Shown: piece after piece, positions 18,797 through 28,726 of the stretch
How positions within the stretch are numbered: position 1 is the first letter of the stretch
Layout: every line of letters begins with the position of its first letter
Assembly (NCBI GenBank): GCA_002753665.1
Contig: PEAP01000002.1
Coordinates: 14,365 to 78,364 of the forward strand
Origin: Magnetococcales bacterium DC0425bin3
GTDB taxonomy: Bacteria; Pseudomonadota; Magnetococcia; Magnetococcales; DC0425bin3
Reading direction: 5' to 3'
DNA length: 64,000 nt
Made by a program: the position numbers and the translations under genes
Notes under the pieces: model-generated
Told to the model about the DNA's origin: nothing
The model's database searches: none
What the model saw: the letters and a program-made list of their open reading frames with translations, nothing else

Positions 18797-20934
18797 GCAT
18801 CCTGCCTGCATCCCTCAGCAAACGACCGCTGCTCACCCTGCTGCTGTTCCTGGGCGGGGCCGTGGTGGTCGGGCGTCTGATCTATCCCGTCTTCTTCGAG
18901 AAATACACCGGGGTGGTCAACAAACCTCTTACCTACGAATCCTCCAAGCCGGTCAGCGAGCTGGAGTTCGAGGCCTTGGCCAAGGTCCTGACCGAGGCCC
19001 ATCGCACCGAACAGGCCGATCGGCTGGTGGCCCACGAAACGGACCCCTTTGCCCGCCGTCTCAAGGTGGACATGCTGATGAAGACCCGGTCCATCGTGCG
19101 CTCGGCGCCGTTTCCCCACATCGAGTACTTCCGGGAGGCGGGCATCCGCCAGTACAAGGGTCCGGAGACCTGCCTGACCTGTCACACCAAGATGAAGATC
19201 GCCTCCGCCGATGGGGTCAAGGAGGTGAAGACCCTCGATGACGTGGTGGAGTCGGTCCACTTCAAGTTTCAGCTCAGCGGTCCGGGGTTCACCACCTACG
19301 GCTACGATGGCCGCCAGGTGAACGCGCCCGGCTCTCGGCCCATTCCGGTGGGCAAGATCGACCGGGCCTGCGGCGTGCCGGGGTCCTTCTCCTGGACCGG
19401 CTGGGCGGAGCTGGTCAACACCAAACCGGCCCATGGTCACGGGGAGGTGGAGGTGCGCAGCGAGGGCTGCGGTCAATGCCACATCGGCGGCGGCTACCAC
19501 CCCGCCACCGAAAAGATGATGCCGGTGGGCGATGTGCCGGCGGAGGTCAAGCAGGGGGTGGACTGCCTGATCTGCCACGCCCGCAACTACGACATGAATT
19601 ACCGCCATGTCCTCCAGGACCAGCATGGACGGCGCTGGAACCAGGACCGCACCCTGAAGGCCGCCCTGACCGTCGGGCTGCCCCATCGGGACAACTGCCT
19701 GCTGTGCCACCAGCACAACATGGGCGGTGATCTGGAGGCCGACCTGCCGCAGAATTCCGCCCCGCGCAACCTGGGCTATGTCAACAAGCGCATTCTCCAT
19801 CCCGGGGCCAAACGGGCCAACTCCATCACCGCCGCCAACGATGTCCATGCCGCCGTGGGCATGGGCTGCACCGACTGCCATGTGCCCCAGGGTCACAAGA
19901 TTCCCCGGGGCACCAAGGGCGTGGACCTGGTGGCCAACGACCTGCCGGGCCAAGTGGTGGCTTGCGAGAACTGCCACACCGCCGCGCCCCATGTGAAAGG
20001 GGAAAATCGGGCCATTCTCAATGGCCACGGCGACCGGGTGGCCTGCGAAACCTGCCATATCCACCACCTGGGGGACGACAGCGTGGTGCTGCGGGACTGG
20101 GTGCATCCCATCTGGAATGAGGAAGAAGGGGTGCATCTCTATGTGGATATCTACCGCTCCGGCCAACCCGGCAAGGGCTTCCACTTCCTCTGGTTCAACG
20201 GCAATGGCACCTTCCTGGCCAACGCCCTGGGCAACAATCCCCTGGGTGGCGAAGCCTATGATCCGTTCAACAATCAGATGACCCGCATCACCGATCCCGA
20301 GGCCCTGGCCAAGATCCGCCAGGCCGCCCTGGGCATCAAGAGACATTATCCCGACCTGGACGTGGAGACCTACATCCGCGCCGCCACCGATCCCGTCAGC
20401 CAGCTATCCCCGGAGATGCTGGAGCGGCGCAACAAGATGCTGCGGGACAACATCCGGCCCCTCATGAACCAAGGCCACTCCAAGATTGCCCCGTTCAAGG
20501 TGTTCAACGCCATCATGTTCGAGGACATGTCCAACCAGGGGGGCTTCGGGGCGATGATCCTGCCCTTCGACTATCCCAGCTACTACGAGACCGGCGACGC
20601 CCTGGCCTCCATGAAGACGGCGATCCAGCACCCCATCGTCAAACGCATGTACCAGTTGCCATTCAAGGCGTACATGATGGACTCCTTCATGAACTATTTC
20701 GGCGTGGAAAAGTGGTCCAACATCTACCCCATCGACGACCAGGGCCAGCTCCGCAACGTGGAGAGCCACTGGATGCGGCAGATGGGCACCCTGATGGTCA
20801 ATCATGGCATCCAGAAGGCGGGACGGAAGTGCCAGGAATGTCATGATCCGAAGGGCATCATGGACTTCAAGGCCCTGGGCTATCCCGCCGAGCGGGTGGC
20901 CGATCTCACCAGCCTGCCGGAACTGCAACGCTGA
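18793..20934 (+). CDS. Octaheme cytochrome c, tetrathionate-reductase (OTR)-like
   Basis: 8 CxxCH with GPETCLTCH first, VDCLICH, RVACETCHI, and last heme near the C-terminus; N-terminal TM. Confidence 0.72.
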   Translation: MSILPASLSKRPLLTLLLFLGGAVVVGRLIYPVFFEKYTGVVNKPLTYESSKPVSELEFEALAKVLTEAHRTEQADRLVAHETDPFARRLKVDMLMKTRSIVRSAPFPHIEYFREAGIRQYKGPETCLTCHTKMKIASADGVKEVKTLDDVVESVHFKFQLSGPGFTTYGYDGRQVNAPGSRPIPVGKIDRACGVPGSFSWTGWAELVNTKPAHGHGEVEVRSEGCGQCHIGGGYHPATEKMMPVGDVPAEVKQGVDCLICHARNYDMNYRHVLQDQHGRRWNQDRTLKAALTVGLPHRDNCLLCHQHNMGGDLEADLPQNSAPRNLGYVNKRILHPGAKRANSITAANDVHAAVGMGCTDCHVPQGHKIPRGTKGVDLVANDLPGQVVACENCHTAAPHVKGENRAILNGHGDRVACETCHIHHLGDDSVVLRDWVHPIWNEEEGVHLYVDIYRSGQPGKGFHFLWFNGNGTFLANALGNNPLGGEAYDPFNNQMTRITDPEALAKIRQAALGIKRHYPDLDVETYIRAATDPVSQLSPEMLERRNKMLRDNIRPLMNQGHSKIAPFKVFNAIMFEDMSNQGGFGAMILPFDYPSYYETGDALASMKTAIQHPIVKRMYQLPFKAYMMDSFMNYFGVEKWSNIYPIDDQGQLRNVESHWMRQMGTLMVNHGIQKAGRKCQECHDPKGIMDFKALGYPAERVADLTSLPELQR

Positions 20935-21097
20935 CCCCTGTCGCCCCCGGGCCGCCGATACCGGCCCGGGGGCCGACTCCTCCCTCCCATGAACCCTGGA
21001 TTTGACCGCCTCCCTGTGCAACCCTCCCGCTCCTGATGTCAGTCCCCTTCCTCCCCCCCCCGGGGCGGGATAACCTCCTGCGACCTCCTTTGCCCCG

Positions 21098-22837
21098 ATG
21101 AGCAATCAAGAACACGGCATTCTCCAGACCTATTGGCGCATGGTGCAGGAGTTCGCCCGCCTTTACCCCTGGCATGGGCTGATGGTGCTGGTCTGCCTGG
21201 TGGTCTCCAACCTGATGGAGGGGTTGGGGCTGGCCACCCTGCTGCCGGTGGTCAACCTGGCCATGAACGACGGCAAACAGGATTCCTCCGGCATTCAGGC
21301 GGTGGTGACCGACCTGCTGGCTCTGGTCGGCCTCTTGCCCACCCTGGATATTCTGTTGGCCACCATCGTGGTGGCGTTGGCCATCAAGGCGATCACCCGG
21401 TTGCTGGCCATGACCTTCGTCGGCTACACCAGCGCCCACATCATCACCCAGCTGCGGCTGGATCTGATCCGCGGGGTGATGGGTGCCCGCTGGAGCTATT
21501 TCTCCGGCCAGCCGGCGGGGCGCATCACCAATGCCCTGGGCATGGAATCCCAGCGGGCCACCGCCACATTCCAGGCCATCGGCGATATCACCGCCTGCCT
21601 AGTCCGGGCGGGAATCTTTCTGGGGTTGGCGGTGACCATCTCCTGGCAAGTATCGGCCGCAGCGCTCGGAGCCAGTCTGTTCATCTACATGGTGTTGAAA
21701 TGGACCCTGGTACGGATGCGGCGGGCCGGCAAGGACCAGACCCAGCTCAGCAATCAATTGTTGATCCGGTTGACCGACGGCCTGCAGGGCATGAAACCCC
21801 TCAAGGCCATGGCCCGGGAGCATCTCCTGCTCGCGTTCCTGGAAAAGACGACCATCGGTCTGCGCCGGTCCTCCCGCCAGCAGGTTCTCAACAAGTACCT
21901 GCTCACCTCCCTGCATGAACCGATCATGGCGGTGTTCCTGGCGGCGGGCATCTATTTTGCCATCTCCGTCTGGGCCCTGGAGTTGCCGGTGTTGATGATC
22001 CTGGCCCTGCTGTTCAACCGTTCGGTCAGCACCATCGGCATTCTCCAGGGGTCCTTGCAGACCCTGATGGAAATCGAAAGCGCCTACTGGTCGCTGGATT
22101 CGGCCATCCGGCAGGCCAGCGATGCCCTGGAACACAGCTCCGGGGTCCGGGAAATCCGGTTGCAGCAGGCCATACGGTTGGAGAATGTGAGCTTCAGCTT
22201 CGACGAGCGGCCCATTCTGACCGATATCAACCTGGAAATTCCCGCCGGCAGATTCATTACCATGGCGGGTCCCTCCGGGGCCGGCAAGACCACCCTGGTG
22301 GATCTGATCATCGGTCTCTATCAGCCCCGGCAGGGGACCATCCGCATCGATGGCGTTCCCATGGACCGGATGGATCTGCGTTTCTGGCGGGGGCGGATCG
22401 GCTATGTGCCCCAGGAAATGTTTCTGTTTCACGAGACCCTGCGGCACAACGTGACCCTGGGCCAGCCCGGGATCGGTGACGACCAGGTGGAAGCCGCCCT
22501 GCGCCGGGCCGAAGCCTGGAATTTCGTGGCCCAACTCCCCGAGGGGCTGGACACGGTGTTGGGCGAACGGGGTTCCCGCCTGTCCGGGGGACAGCGGCAG
22601 CGGGTGGCCATTGCCCGCGCCTTGCTGGGGAATCCGGATCTGCTGATCCTGGACGAGGCCACCACCGCCCTGGATCCCGCGACCGAACGGGCCATCTGCA
22701 CCACCCTGCGTCACCTGACCGGCGAACTCACCATTCTGGCCATCACCCATCAGGCCGAGCTGGTCCGGGTCGCGGATCTGGTGTTCCGGGTGGAGGGGGG
22801 CACCGTCAGGCTCCAGGATCAGACCACTGGGGGGTGA
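21098..22837 (+). CDS. ABC transporter, fused permease/ATPase (MsbA/PglK-like exporter)
   Basis: N-terminal TM helices; GPSGAGKT, LSGGQ, LILDE. Confidence 0.92.
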   Translation: MSNQEHGILQTYWRMVQEFARLYPWHGLMVLVCLVVSNLMEGLGLATLLPVVNLAMNDGKQDSSGIQAVVTDLLALVGLLPTLDILLATIVVALAIKAITRLLAMTFVGYTSAHIITQLRLDLIRGVMGARWSYFSGQPAGRITNALGMESQRATATFQAIGDITACLVRAGIFLGLAVTISWQVSAAALGASLFIYMVLKWTLVRMRRAGKDQTQLSNQLLIRLTDGLQGMKPLKAMAREHLLLAFLEKTTIGLRRSSRQQVLNKYLLTSLHEPIMAVFLAAGIYFAISVWALELPVLMILALLFNRSVSTIGILQGSLQTLMEIESAYWSLDSAIRQASDALEHSSGVREIRLQQAIRLENVSFSFDERPILTDINLEIPAGRFITMAGPSGAGKTTLVDLIIGLYQPRQGTIRIDGVPMDRMDLRFWRGRIGYVPQEMFLFHETLRHNVTLGQPGIGDDQVEAALRRAEAWNFVAQLPEGLDTVLGERGSRLSGGQRQRVAIARALLGNPDLLILDEATTALDPATERAICTTLRHLTGELTILAITHQAELVRVADLVFRVEGGTVRLQDQTTGG

Positions 22838-22849
22838 GTGTGAGAAAAC

Positions 22850-22878
22850 GCAACGGCCCCGAAAATCGGGGCCGTTGC
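22850..22878. terminator. Probable intrinsic terminator between convergent genes
   Basis: Perfect 13-bp stem GCAACGGCCCCGA-AAA-TCGGGGCCGTTGC; T-tract on the minus strand. Confidence 0.7.
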
Positions 22879-22909
22879 AGGTATTCCGGGAAAAGAGGAG
22901 AGGGGAGGA

Positions 22910-23563
22910 TCAGCCCTTGTCTTCTTCGTCCTCCTGGCCTTTGTCTTCCTGATCCTTGTCGTCCCCCTTGGCCCCATCCTCGTCCTTGGGTTCCTTGGGT
23001 TCCTTGTGGGCGATGCCGGCGTGGCAGTCGATGCAGGTGTTGCCTTTCTTGACTGCCTGGGCATGCTTCTTCTGGGCCAGCCGGTCTTGTTCCTCGGGAT
23101 CCATGGCCTGGAAGTCGTGGCAGTTGAGGCATTCCCGGGAGCCCCGGGCACGCATCCGTTCCCAGACGGCATTGGCCATGTCCCAACGGCCTTTTTCGAA
23201 TTTTTCCTTGGTGTCGTAGGTGCCCAACAGATGATGGTAGAGATCCTTGGCGGCCAGGGTCTTGGCCTGCATCTTGGCAAACCAGCCGCTGACGCTGTCC
23301 CCTTGCGGGACATGACAGTCGGCGCAACTGGCCCGCACCCCGCTGCGATTGGCGTAATGAATGGTCTGTTTATACTCTTCGTAGGGCCATTGCATTTCAT
23401 GGCAGCCGATACAGAATTCGGTGGTATTGGTCTTGGCCAGCACCCCATTGAAACCAAGCCATGCCCCAATCCCCACCACGAACCCGATCAACAGCAGCAG
23501 GCCCAGGGGAGTCCGGGTGGCGGGCCTGCTCAGCATCTCCCATAAATATTTGGCGAATTTCAT
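22910..23563 (-). CDS. napC: NapC/NirT family tetraheme cytochrome c
   Basis: N-terminal TM; TNTTEFCIGCHEM, RSGVRASCADCHVP, CLNCH, CIDCHAGIAH. Confidence 0.9.
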   Translation of the reverse strand: MKFAKYLWEMLSRPATRTPLGLLLLIGFVVGIGAWLGFNGVLAKTNTTEFCIGCHEMQWPYEEYKQTIHYANRSGVRASCADCHVPQGDSVSGWFAKMQAKTLAAKDLYHHLLGTYDTKEKFEKGRWDMANAVWERMRARGSRECLNCHDFQAMDPEEQDRLAQKKHAQAVKKGNTCIDCHAGIAHKEPKEPKDEDGAKGDDKDQEDKGQEDEEDKG

Positions 23564-23793
23564 CTCCTCTCCTTGACCTTCTCCCCAGGTTTTCCATCCG
23601 GTTCAAGCCGCGGTTGCCGGTCGTTCCGGCCGGATTTCGGACAGGGATCCTCCATGCAATTCGCGGCCCTGATTGCCCCTCGGGCCGGCGACGCCGGGGA
23701 TCTGTCTTGAATCATGATTTTGCCCAATCGGACGACTATAAAATGGGCGGGGGCGGGCCTGCAATCCAAAATTTTTCCATGGGCGCCCTGCCG

Positions 23794-23841
23794 CCCTCCA
23801 CCCTCCACCGATGAAAGCCGGTTTCCGGCTTTCACGGTCAC
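23794..23841 (+). repeat. Dispersed palindromic element, copy F (truncated)
   Basis: CCCTCCACCCTCCACCGATGAAAGCCGG-TTT-CCGGCTTTCACGGTCAC. Confidence 0.9.
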
Positions 23842-23942
23842 AGCGGGCGCGGTTTTTCTGCTTGCTTTTTCCAGGCCCCGATACCATCACATCAATCAGG
23901 AAGAGTGGCAGGTCGGGGCAGGGGTTCGAATAGGGGGGTGGG

Positions 23943-24308
23943 ATGGAAAAAACAATTTTGACGGTGGATGACTCCAACAGCGTTCGGGAGATGATCCGCA
24001 TCAACCTGGAAAATGCCGGCTACCGGGTCATCCAGGCCCAGGATGGTGTGGAGGCCCTGGAGCAGGCAAAAATGACGCGGGTCGATCTGGTGATCACCGA
24101 CCTGAACATGCCCAACATGAACGGCCTGGAGCTGGCCGGTCAGTTGCGGGCCCTGCCGGACTACCGGTTCACCCCCATCGTGGTCTTGACCACGGAAGGG
24201 GGCGCTGACCGGCGGGCCGAGGGCAAGAAGGTGGGTGTCAATGGCTGGATCGTCAAACCCTTCAAAAACCCGGAACAGTTGGTCGCCGCCATCCGCAAGC
24301 TGATCTGA
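23943..24308 (+). CDS. cheY: CheY-like single-domain response regulator
   Basis: VDDS, ITDLNMP, LTTE, WIVKPF. Confidence 0.88.
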   Translation: MEKTILTVDDSNSVREMIRINLENAGYRVIQAQDGVEALEQAKMTRVDLVITDLNMPNMNGLELAGQLRALPDYRFTPIVVLTTEGGADRRAEGKKVGVNGWIVKPFKNPEQLVAAIRKLI

Positions 24309-24360
24309 TTCTGGCGGTCGGACCATGATGGACCGGGAGGCGATTTTCAGCTGAACGCTG

Positions 24361-24732
24361 TCATCCATGCCAGCCGGTCTCGGGCTGACGGTATTTCCTG
24401 AAGCCGGAGGAGGGGGGGTCCCCGGTCTCCCGGACCTTGCGGGGGAGGATGTCCCGGGCCTCGATGCTGTCGCGATACTCGCGCAGGAAGAGGTCCATTT
24501 CATGGCTGGCATAATCCAGGACCCGGTACCGGCCGGGACCGCAGTTGCGGCACTTGACCCCCGAGCCGGCCCAGGCGGCTTGCCCCCCCTGGCTGCCCGT
24601 GCAGGTGGCCAGACCACAGCGGACCTCTCCGCAGTGGGTGCAGCGGTAAATTCTGCCCGGGTGGCCCTCGCAGACCGGACAGCACACCGCATCGGCTCGA
24701 AATTCAAACATGGGTTCGAGGCTTGAATCCAT
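24361..24732 (-). CDS. Small Cys-rich hypothetical protein
   Basis: GGAGGA RBS before ATG 24732; CCPVC, CTHC, C..C, CRNC. Confidence 0.65.
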   Translation of the reverse strand: MDSSLEPMFEFRADAVCCPVCEGHPGRIYRCTHCGEVRCGLATCTGSQGGQAAWAGSGVKCRNCGPGRYRVLDYASHEMDLFLREYRDSIEARDILPRKVRETGDPPSSGFRKYRQPETGWHG

Positions 24733-24877
24733 TGTGCTATCCTCCATTTTTTCATATCGGTTCCAGACATCCGGCGCCCCGGTCTGGCGTCCCATATCAA
24801 AATGGAGAGCAAAAATCATACCACAGCCATTATATCCAGAACCGGCCTCTGGGTTCGGCTCTGGATCTGTCAGTGCG

Positions 24878-26092
24878 TTGACGATCTGTCCCGACTGCGA
24901 TCTGCCCCACCGGGTTCTGGAATCCAGCGCCAGGGGTCGGGTGCGGTGTGTCCGGTGCGGAGCGCTGCTGCGTCAACGCAATCCCCATTCACTGGAATGG
25001 ACCCTGGCCCTGGCCCTGGGTGGCTTGGTGTTCTTCATCCTGGCCACCGCCTTGCCCTTCCTGACCTTCGAGCTGAACGGACGGTTGCAGGTCAATACCC
25101 TGGCCGCCGGGGCCTGGGAGCTGGGCGCGCGGGGCCTGTGGGAGCTGGGAGCGTTGGTGCTGGTGACCAGCATGCTCGCTCCCCTGATCCATCTGCTGGG
25201 TCTCATCTGGCTGCTGCTGCCCTTGGTCCTGGGCCGCCGGCCCTGGCAGGGGGTGCGGGTGTTCCGTCTGGTGGCGGAGTGGGGCCGCTGGGGGATGATG
25301 GAAGTCTACATGCTGGGGGTGCTGGTGGCCTTCGTCAAACTGGGGCAGATGGCCCAGGTGGAGACGGGCAGCGCGTTTTTCGCCTTTGCCGCGCTGATGG
25401 TGATCATTTCCGCCACCCGGACTGTCCTGGACCCCGAGGAGCTCTGGCAGCGTCTCCGCCCCCTGGCCCCGCTCCCCGCCGGGTTGCGGGAGGATATCCG
25501 CTGTCGCCATTGCGGCCTGACCTGGTCCGCGGCGGCCGGCCGTTGTCCCCGCTGCCGGGCCGTCCTGCACCGTCGCATCCCTGCCAGCCTGGAGCGGTCC
25601 TGGGCCCTGCTGCTCGCCGCTGCCATCTGCTACATTCCGGCCAACCTGCTGCCCATCATGACGGTGATCCGCCTCGGGCGCGGCCATCCGGATACCATCC
25701 TCAGCGGGGTCGAATCCCTGATCCAGTCGGGACTGTGGCCCCTGGCGGCCATCGTCTTCTTCGCCAGCATTCTGGTCCCGGTGCTGAAACTGGCCGTGAT
25801 GGCCGGCCTGCTGCTCTCGGTGGGGCGGGGCTGGAGTACCCGGCTGCGGGAACGGACTGTGTTGTACCGCTTCACGGAGACCATCGGGCGCTGGTCCATG
25901 ATCGATATCTACATGATTTCCATATTGGTTGCCCTGGTCAAACTGGGCAATGTGGCGACGGTGGAGCCCGGTCCCGGCGCGGTATTTTTTGCCGCGGTGG
26001 TGATTCTCACCATGCTGGCCGCCGAACAGTTCGATCCCCGGCTCATCTGGGATCGGGCCCGCCCGTCAGGAAAGGAAGCCCGTCATGGTTGA
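24878..26092 (+). CDS. pqiA: Paraquat-inducible protein A (start uncertain)
   Basis: CPDCD..CVRC, WGMMEVY, CPRC, YIPAN, GRWSMID; duplicated PqiA domain. Confidence 0.9.
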   Translation: MTICPDCDLPHRVLESSARGRVRCVRCGALLRQRNPHSLEWTLALALGGLVFFILATALPFLTFELNGRLQVNTLAAGAWELGARGLWELGALVLVTSMLAPLIHLLGLIWLLLPLVLGRRPWQGVRVFRLVAEWGRWGMMEVYMLGVLVAFVKLGQMAQVETGSAFFAFAALMVIISATRTVLDPEELWQRLRPLAPLPAGLREDIRCRHCGLTWSAAAGRCPRCRAVLHRRIPASLERSWALLLAAAICYIPANLLPIMTVIRLGRGHPDTILSGVESLIQSGLWPLAAIVFFASILVPVLKLAVMAGLLLSVGRGWSTRLRERTVLYRFTETIGRWSMIDIYMISILVALVKLGNVATVEPGPGAVFFAAVVILTMLAAEQFDPRLIWDRARPSGKEARHG

Positions 26093-27770
26093 CCTCGAAC
26101 CCGGATCCCCGCCCCCCCAGGTGGAGGCCGTGGCCTGGCGCTGGCCCTCGCCGATCTGGCTGGTGCCGCTGATTGCCGCCCTCATCGGCGGCTGGATTGC
26201 CTATCGCACCCTGGCCGACATGGGGCCCCAGGTGGTGATCTCCTTCAAGACCGCCGACGGTCTCGAACCCGGACGCACCAAGGTCAAATACAAGGATGTC
26301 GAAGTGGGCGAGGTGGAAACGGTGCAACTCACCCCCGACCTGTCCCGGGTGCTGGTCACCGCGCGGTTCATCCGGACGGCCGAATCCCATCTCACCGAGG
26401 GGACCCGCTTCTGGGTGGTCATGCCCCGCCTGACCGCCGCCGGGATCACTGGCCTCAACACCCTGGTCTCCGGGGCCTATATCGAGGTGGATCCGGGACC
26501 GGGCAACCCAAAATTCGCGTTCGAGGGGCTGGAGGTTCCCCCCATCGTCCGCCATGGCACCCCCGGGCACCGGTTCGTCCTGCAGGCCGAGCGGCTCGGC
26601 TCCCTGGCTCCCGGTTCACCGGTCCAGTATCGCGGCATCACCGTGGGGGAGGTCCAAGGCTATGAACTCGCCCCGGACGGCCAGGGGGTGATGATTCACG
26701 CCTTCGTACACGCTCCCCACCATACCCTGGTGCGGCAGGAAACCCGCTTCTGGAACGCCAGCGGCATCCGGGCCACCGTGGACGCCAACGGCCTGGATGT
26801 CCGGGCCGCCTCCCTCCAGGCCCTGCTGGCCGGGGGCGTCACCTTCGATACCCTGGAACCGCCGGAAGCGACCCAGCCGGCCCCCAACGGTGCGATCTTT
26901 CGGCTCCATGACGATTTCGAAAGCATCGGCGAGGCGGCCTACAACCGCAAGATCGACTATGTCCTGTTCTTCGAGGGGTCGGTGCGCGGTCTGAAGACCG
27001 GCGCCCCGGTGGAATTTCGCGGGCTCAAGATCGGGCAGGTGATCGAGATCAAGATGGCCTACGATCCCAGGGAGGGCACCATCCGGATTCCGGTGTTGGT
27101 GCGCATCGAACCGGAGCGGATCACCGAAATCGGCGCCGATCAGAAGGACCCCCGGCAGGTGATTCAAACCCTGGTGCAACGTGGGCTGCGGGCCCGTCTG
27201 GAGACCGGCAGCCTTCTCACCGGGCAGCTGGTGGTGGCCCTGGATTTTCACCCCGACACCCCCCTGCGCCTGGCCGGAACCGACGGAGATTCCCATCCCG
27301 AGCTGCCCACCATTCCCGCCAGCCTGGAGCAGATCACCCAATCGGTGGGCGCCCTGGTCGGCAAACTCCAACGATTGCCCCTGGAAGAACTGTCCCGACA
27401 TTTGCTGCAGACCGCGGCCGGAGCCGACACCCTGGTCAACGGGCCGGACACGGCTGCTGCCGTGCGGGACCTGCGGGACACCCTCGCCGCTCTGAAGGAA
27501 CTGAGCCGGGCCCTGGAGCGCAAGGGGCCGCCCCTGGTGGAGCAACTGCACCAGACCGGCAGCGCCGCCCAGACGGCCCTGGACCGCGCCGGCCAGACCC
27601 TGGACAATACCAGCGCCCTGCTGGCGCCGGAGGCCACGATGCATTATACCCTGGTGGAAACCCTGCGGGAGGTCGGTGCCGCCGCGCAGGCGGTGCGGAC
27701 CCTGTCCACCTATCTGTCCCAGAACCCCCAGGCCCTGTTCTTCGGCCGCAACCCCGAGCCGCCACGCTGA
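26085..27770 (+). CDS. pqiB: PqiB MCE-domain protein
   Basis: IWLVPLIA, three MCE domains, GLRARLETGSLLTG. Confidence 0.92.
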   Translation: MVDLEPGSPPPQVEAVAWRWPSPIWLVPLIAALIGGWIAYRTLADMGPQVVISFKTADGLEPGRTKVKYKDVEVGEVETVQLTPDLSRVLVTARFIRTAESHLTEGTRFWVVMPRLTAAGITGLNTLVSGAYIEVDPGPGNPKFAFEGLEVPPIVRHGTPGHRFVLQAERLGSLAPGSPVQYRGITVGEVQGYELAPDGQGVMIHAFVHAPHHTLVRQETRFWNASGIRATVDANGLDVRAASLQALLAGGVTFDTLEPPEATQPAPNGAIFRLHDDFESIGEAAYNRKIDYVLFFEGSVRGLKTGAPVEFRGLKIGQVIEIKMAYDPREGTIRIPVLVRIEPERITEIGADQKDPRQVIQTLVQRGLRARLETGSLLTGQLVVALDFHPDTPLRLAGTDGDSHPELPTIPASLEQITQSVGALVGKLQRLPLEELSRHLLQTAAGADTLVNGPDTAAAVRDLRDTLAALKELSRALERKGPPLVEQLHQTGSAAQTALDRAGQTLDNTSALLAPEATMHYTLVETLREVGAAAQAVRTLSTYLSQNPQALFFGRNPEPPR

Positions 27771-27772
27771 CC

Positions 27773-28480
27773 ATGATGATCCTGCCTCATCTCTGTCGCT
27801 TGTTTCCGGTGCCCGGGCCACGGTCCTGCTTTTTCCCGGGCCGGTCGGGCCTGCTGCTGGCGGGCCTGCTGGCGATGGTGCTGTCCGGATGCACCGCGGC
27901 GGGGGGAGCCGCCGGCGACGACTCGACCACAAGGCTCTATCTGCTGACCCCCCTGACGGACAAGCCGCCGGCGCCACTGCCGGGATCCGGCGCCGCCGTC
28001 CCCGCGCCGCTGGTGGAAGTGGCGCCCATCGTGCTGCCCGGTTACCTCAACCGGCCCCAGATGGTGAGTCGGGACGGTGAACATCAGCTCCATGCCAGCG
28101 AATTCAATCAATGGGGGGAAAACCTGGCCGACAACCTCACCCGGGTGGTGACCGAGAATCTGGCCGAGCTGCTGGGCCATGGTGGGGTCTACGCCCAGTC
28201 CCCGCAGATCGCCTCCCGGTCGGCCTTCCGCTTGTTGATCCAGGTGGCCCGCTTCGAACCCGGTCCCACGGGGAACATCACCCTGGTGGCGCGTTGGCGC
28301 TTGTATGGCCCCGACTCCTCGGACCTCCTGGAGGTGCGCCGCACGGTGTTGGAAAGCGCGACGCCCATCACTGCGGGAGACTATCCGGCCATGGCCGCGG
28401 CCATGAGCCGGCAACTGGCCGATCTCTCCGGGCAGGTGGCCACGGCGATCGTTCGACACCACAGCCAAAGAAGGCATTGA
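27773..28480 (+). CDS. pqiC: PqiC-like lipoprotein
   Basis: Lipobox LSGC; LPGYLNRPQMV, QWGENL; follows pqiB. Confidence 0.85.
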   Translation: MMILPHLCRLFPVPGPRSCFFPGRSGLLLAGLLAMVLSGCTAAGGAAGDDSTTRLYLLTPLTDKPPAPLPGSGAAVPAPLVEVAPIVLPGYLNRPQMVSRDGEHQLHASEFNQWGENLADNLTRVVTENLAELLGHGGVYAQSPQIASRSAFRLLIQVARFEPGPTGNITLVARWRLYGPDSSDLLEVRRTVLESATPITAGDYPAMAAAMSRQLADLSGQVATAIVRHHSQRRH

Positions 28481-28483
28481 CCC

Positions 28484-28726
28484 ATGGGACTCATCCGACT
28501 GCTGCTGCTCATCGGCCTGGGCTGGCTGCTTTTCAAGGTGGTACGCTTCTATCTGTCCCGCCCCCCCGCAGCCACCACGCCGGTGGATCCGGCCGCCAAC
28601 CCGGACGCCAGCCGGCTGGTGGCCTGTGCCCACTGCGGTACCCGCATTCCGCTGAACCGGGCGGTTCTTGCCGACAGCCGGATCTATTGTGGCCTGGAAT
28701 GCCGGCGCCTGGGACCGGCCGACTGA
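28484..28726 (+). CDS. PP0621-family small membrane protein
   Basis: N-terminal TM; LVACAHCGTRIP...YCGLEC. Confidence 0.75.
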   Translation: MGLIRLLLLIGLGWLLFKVVRFYLSRPPAATTPVDPAANPDASRLVACAHCGTRIPLNRAVLADSRIYCGLECRRLGPAD

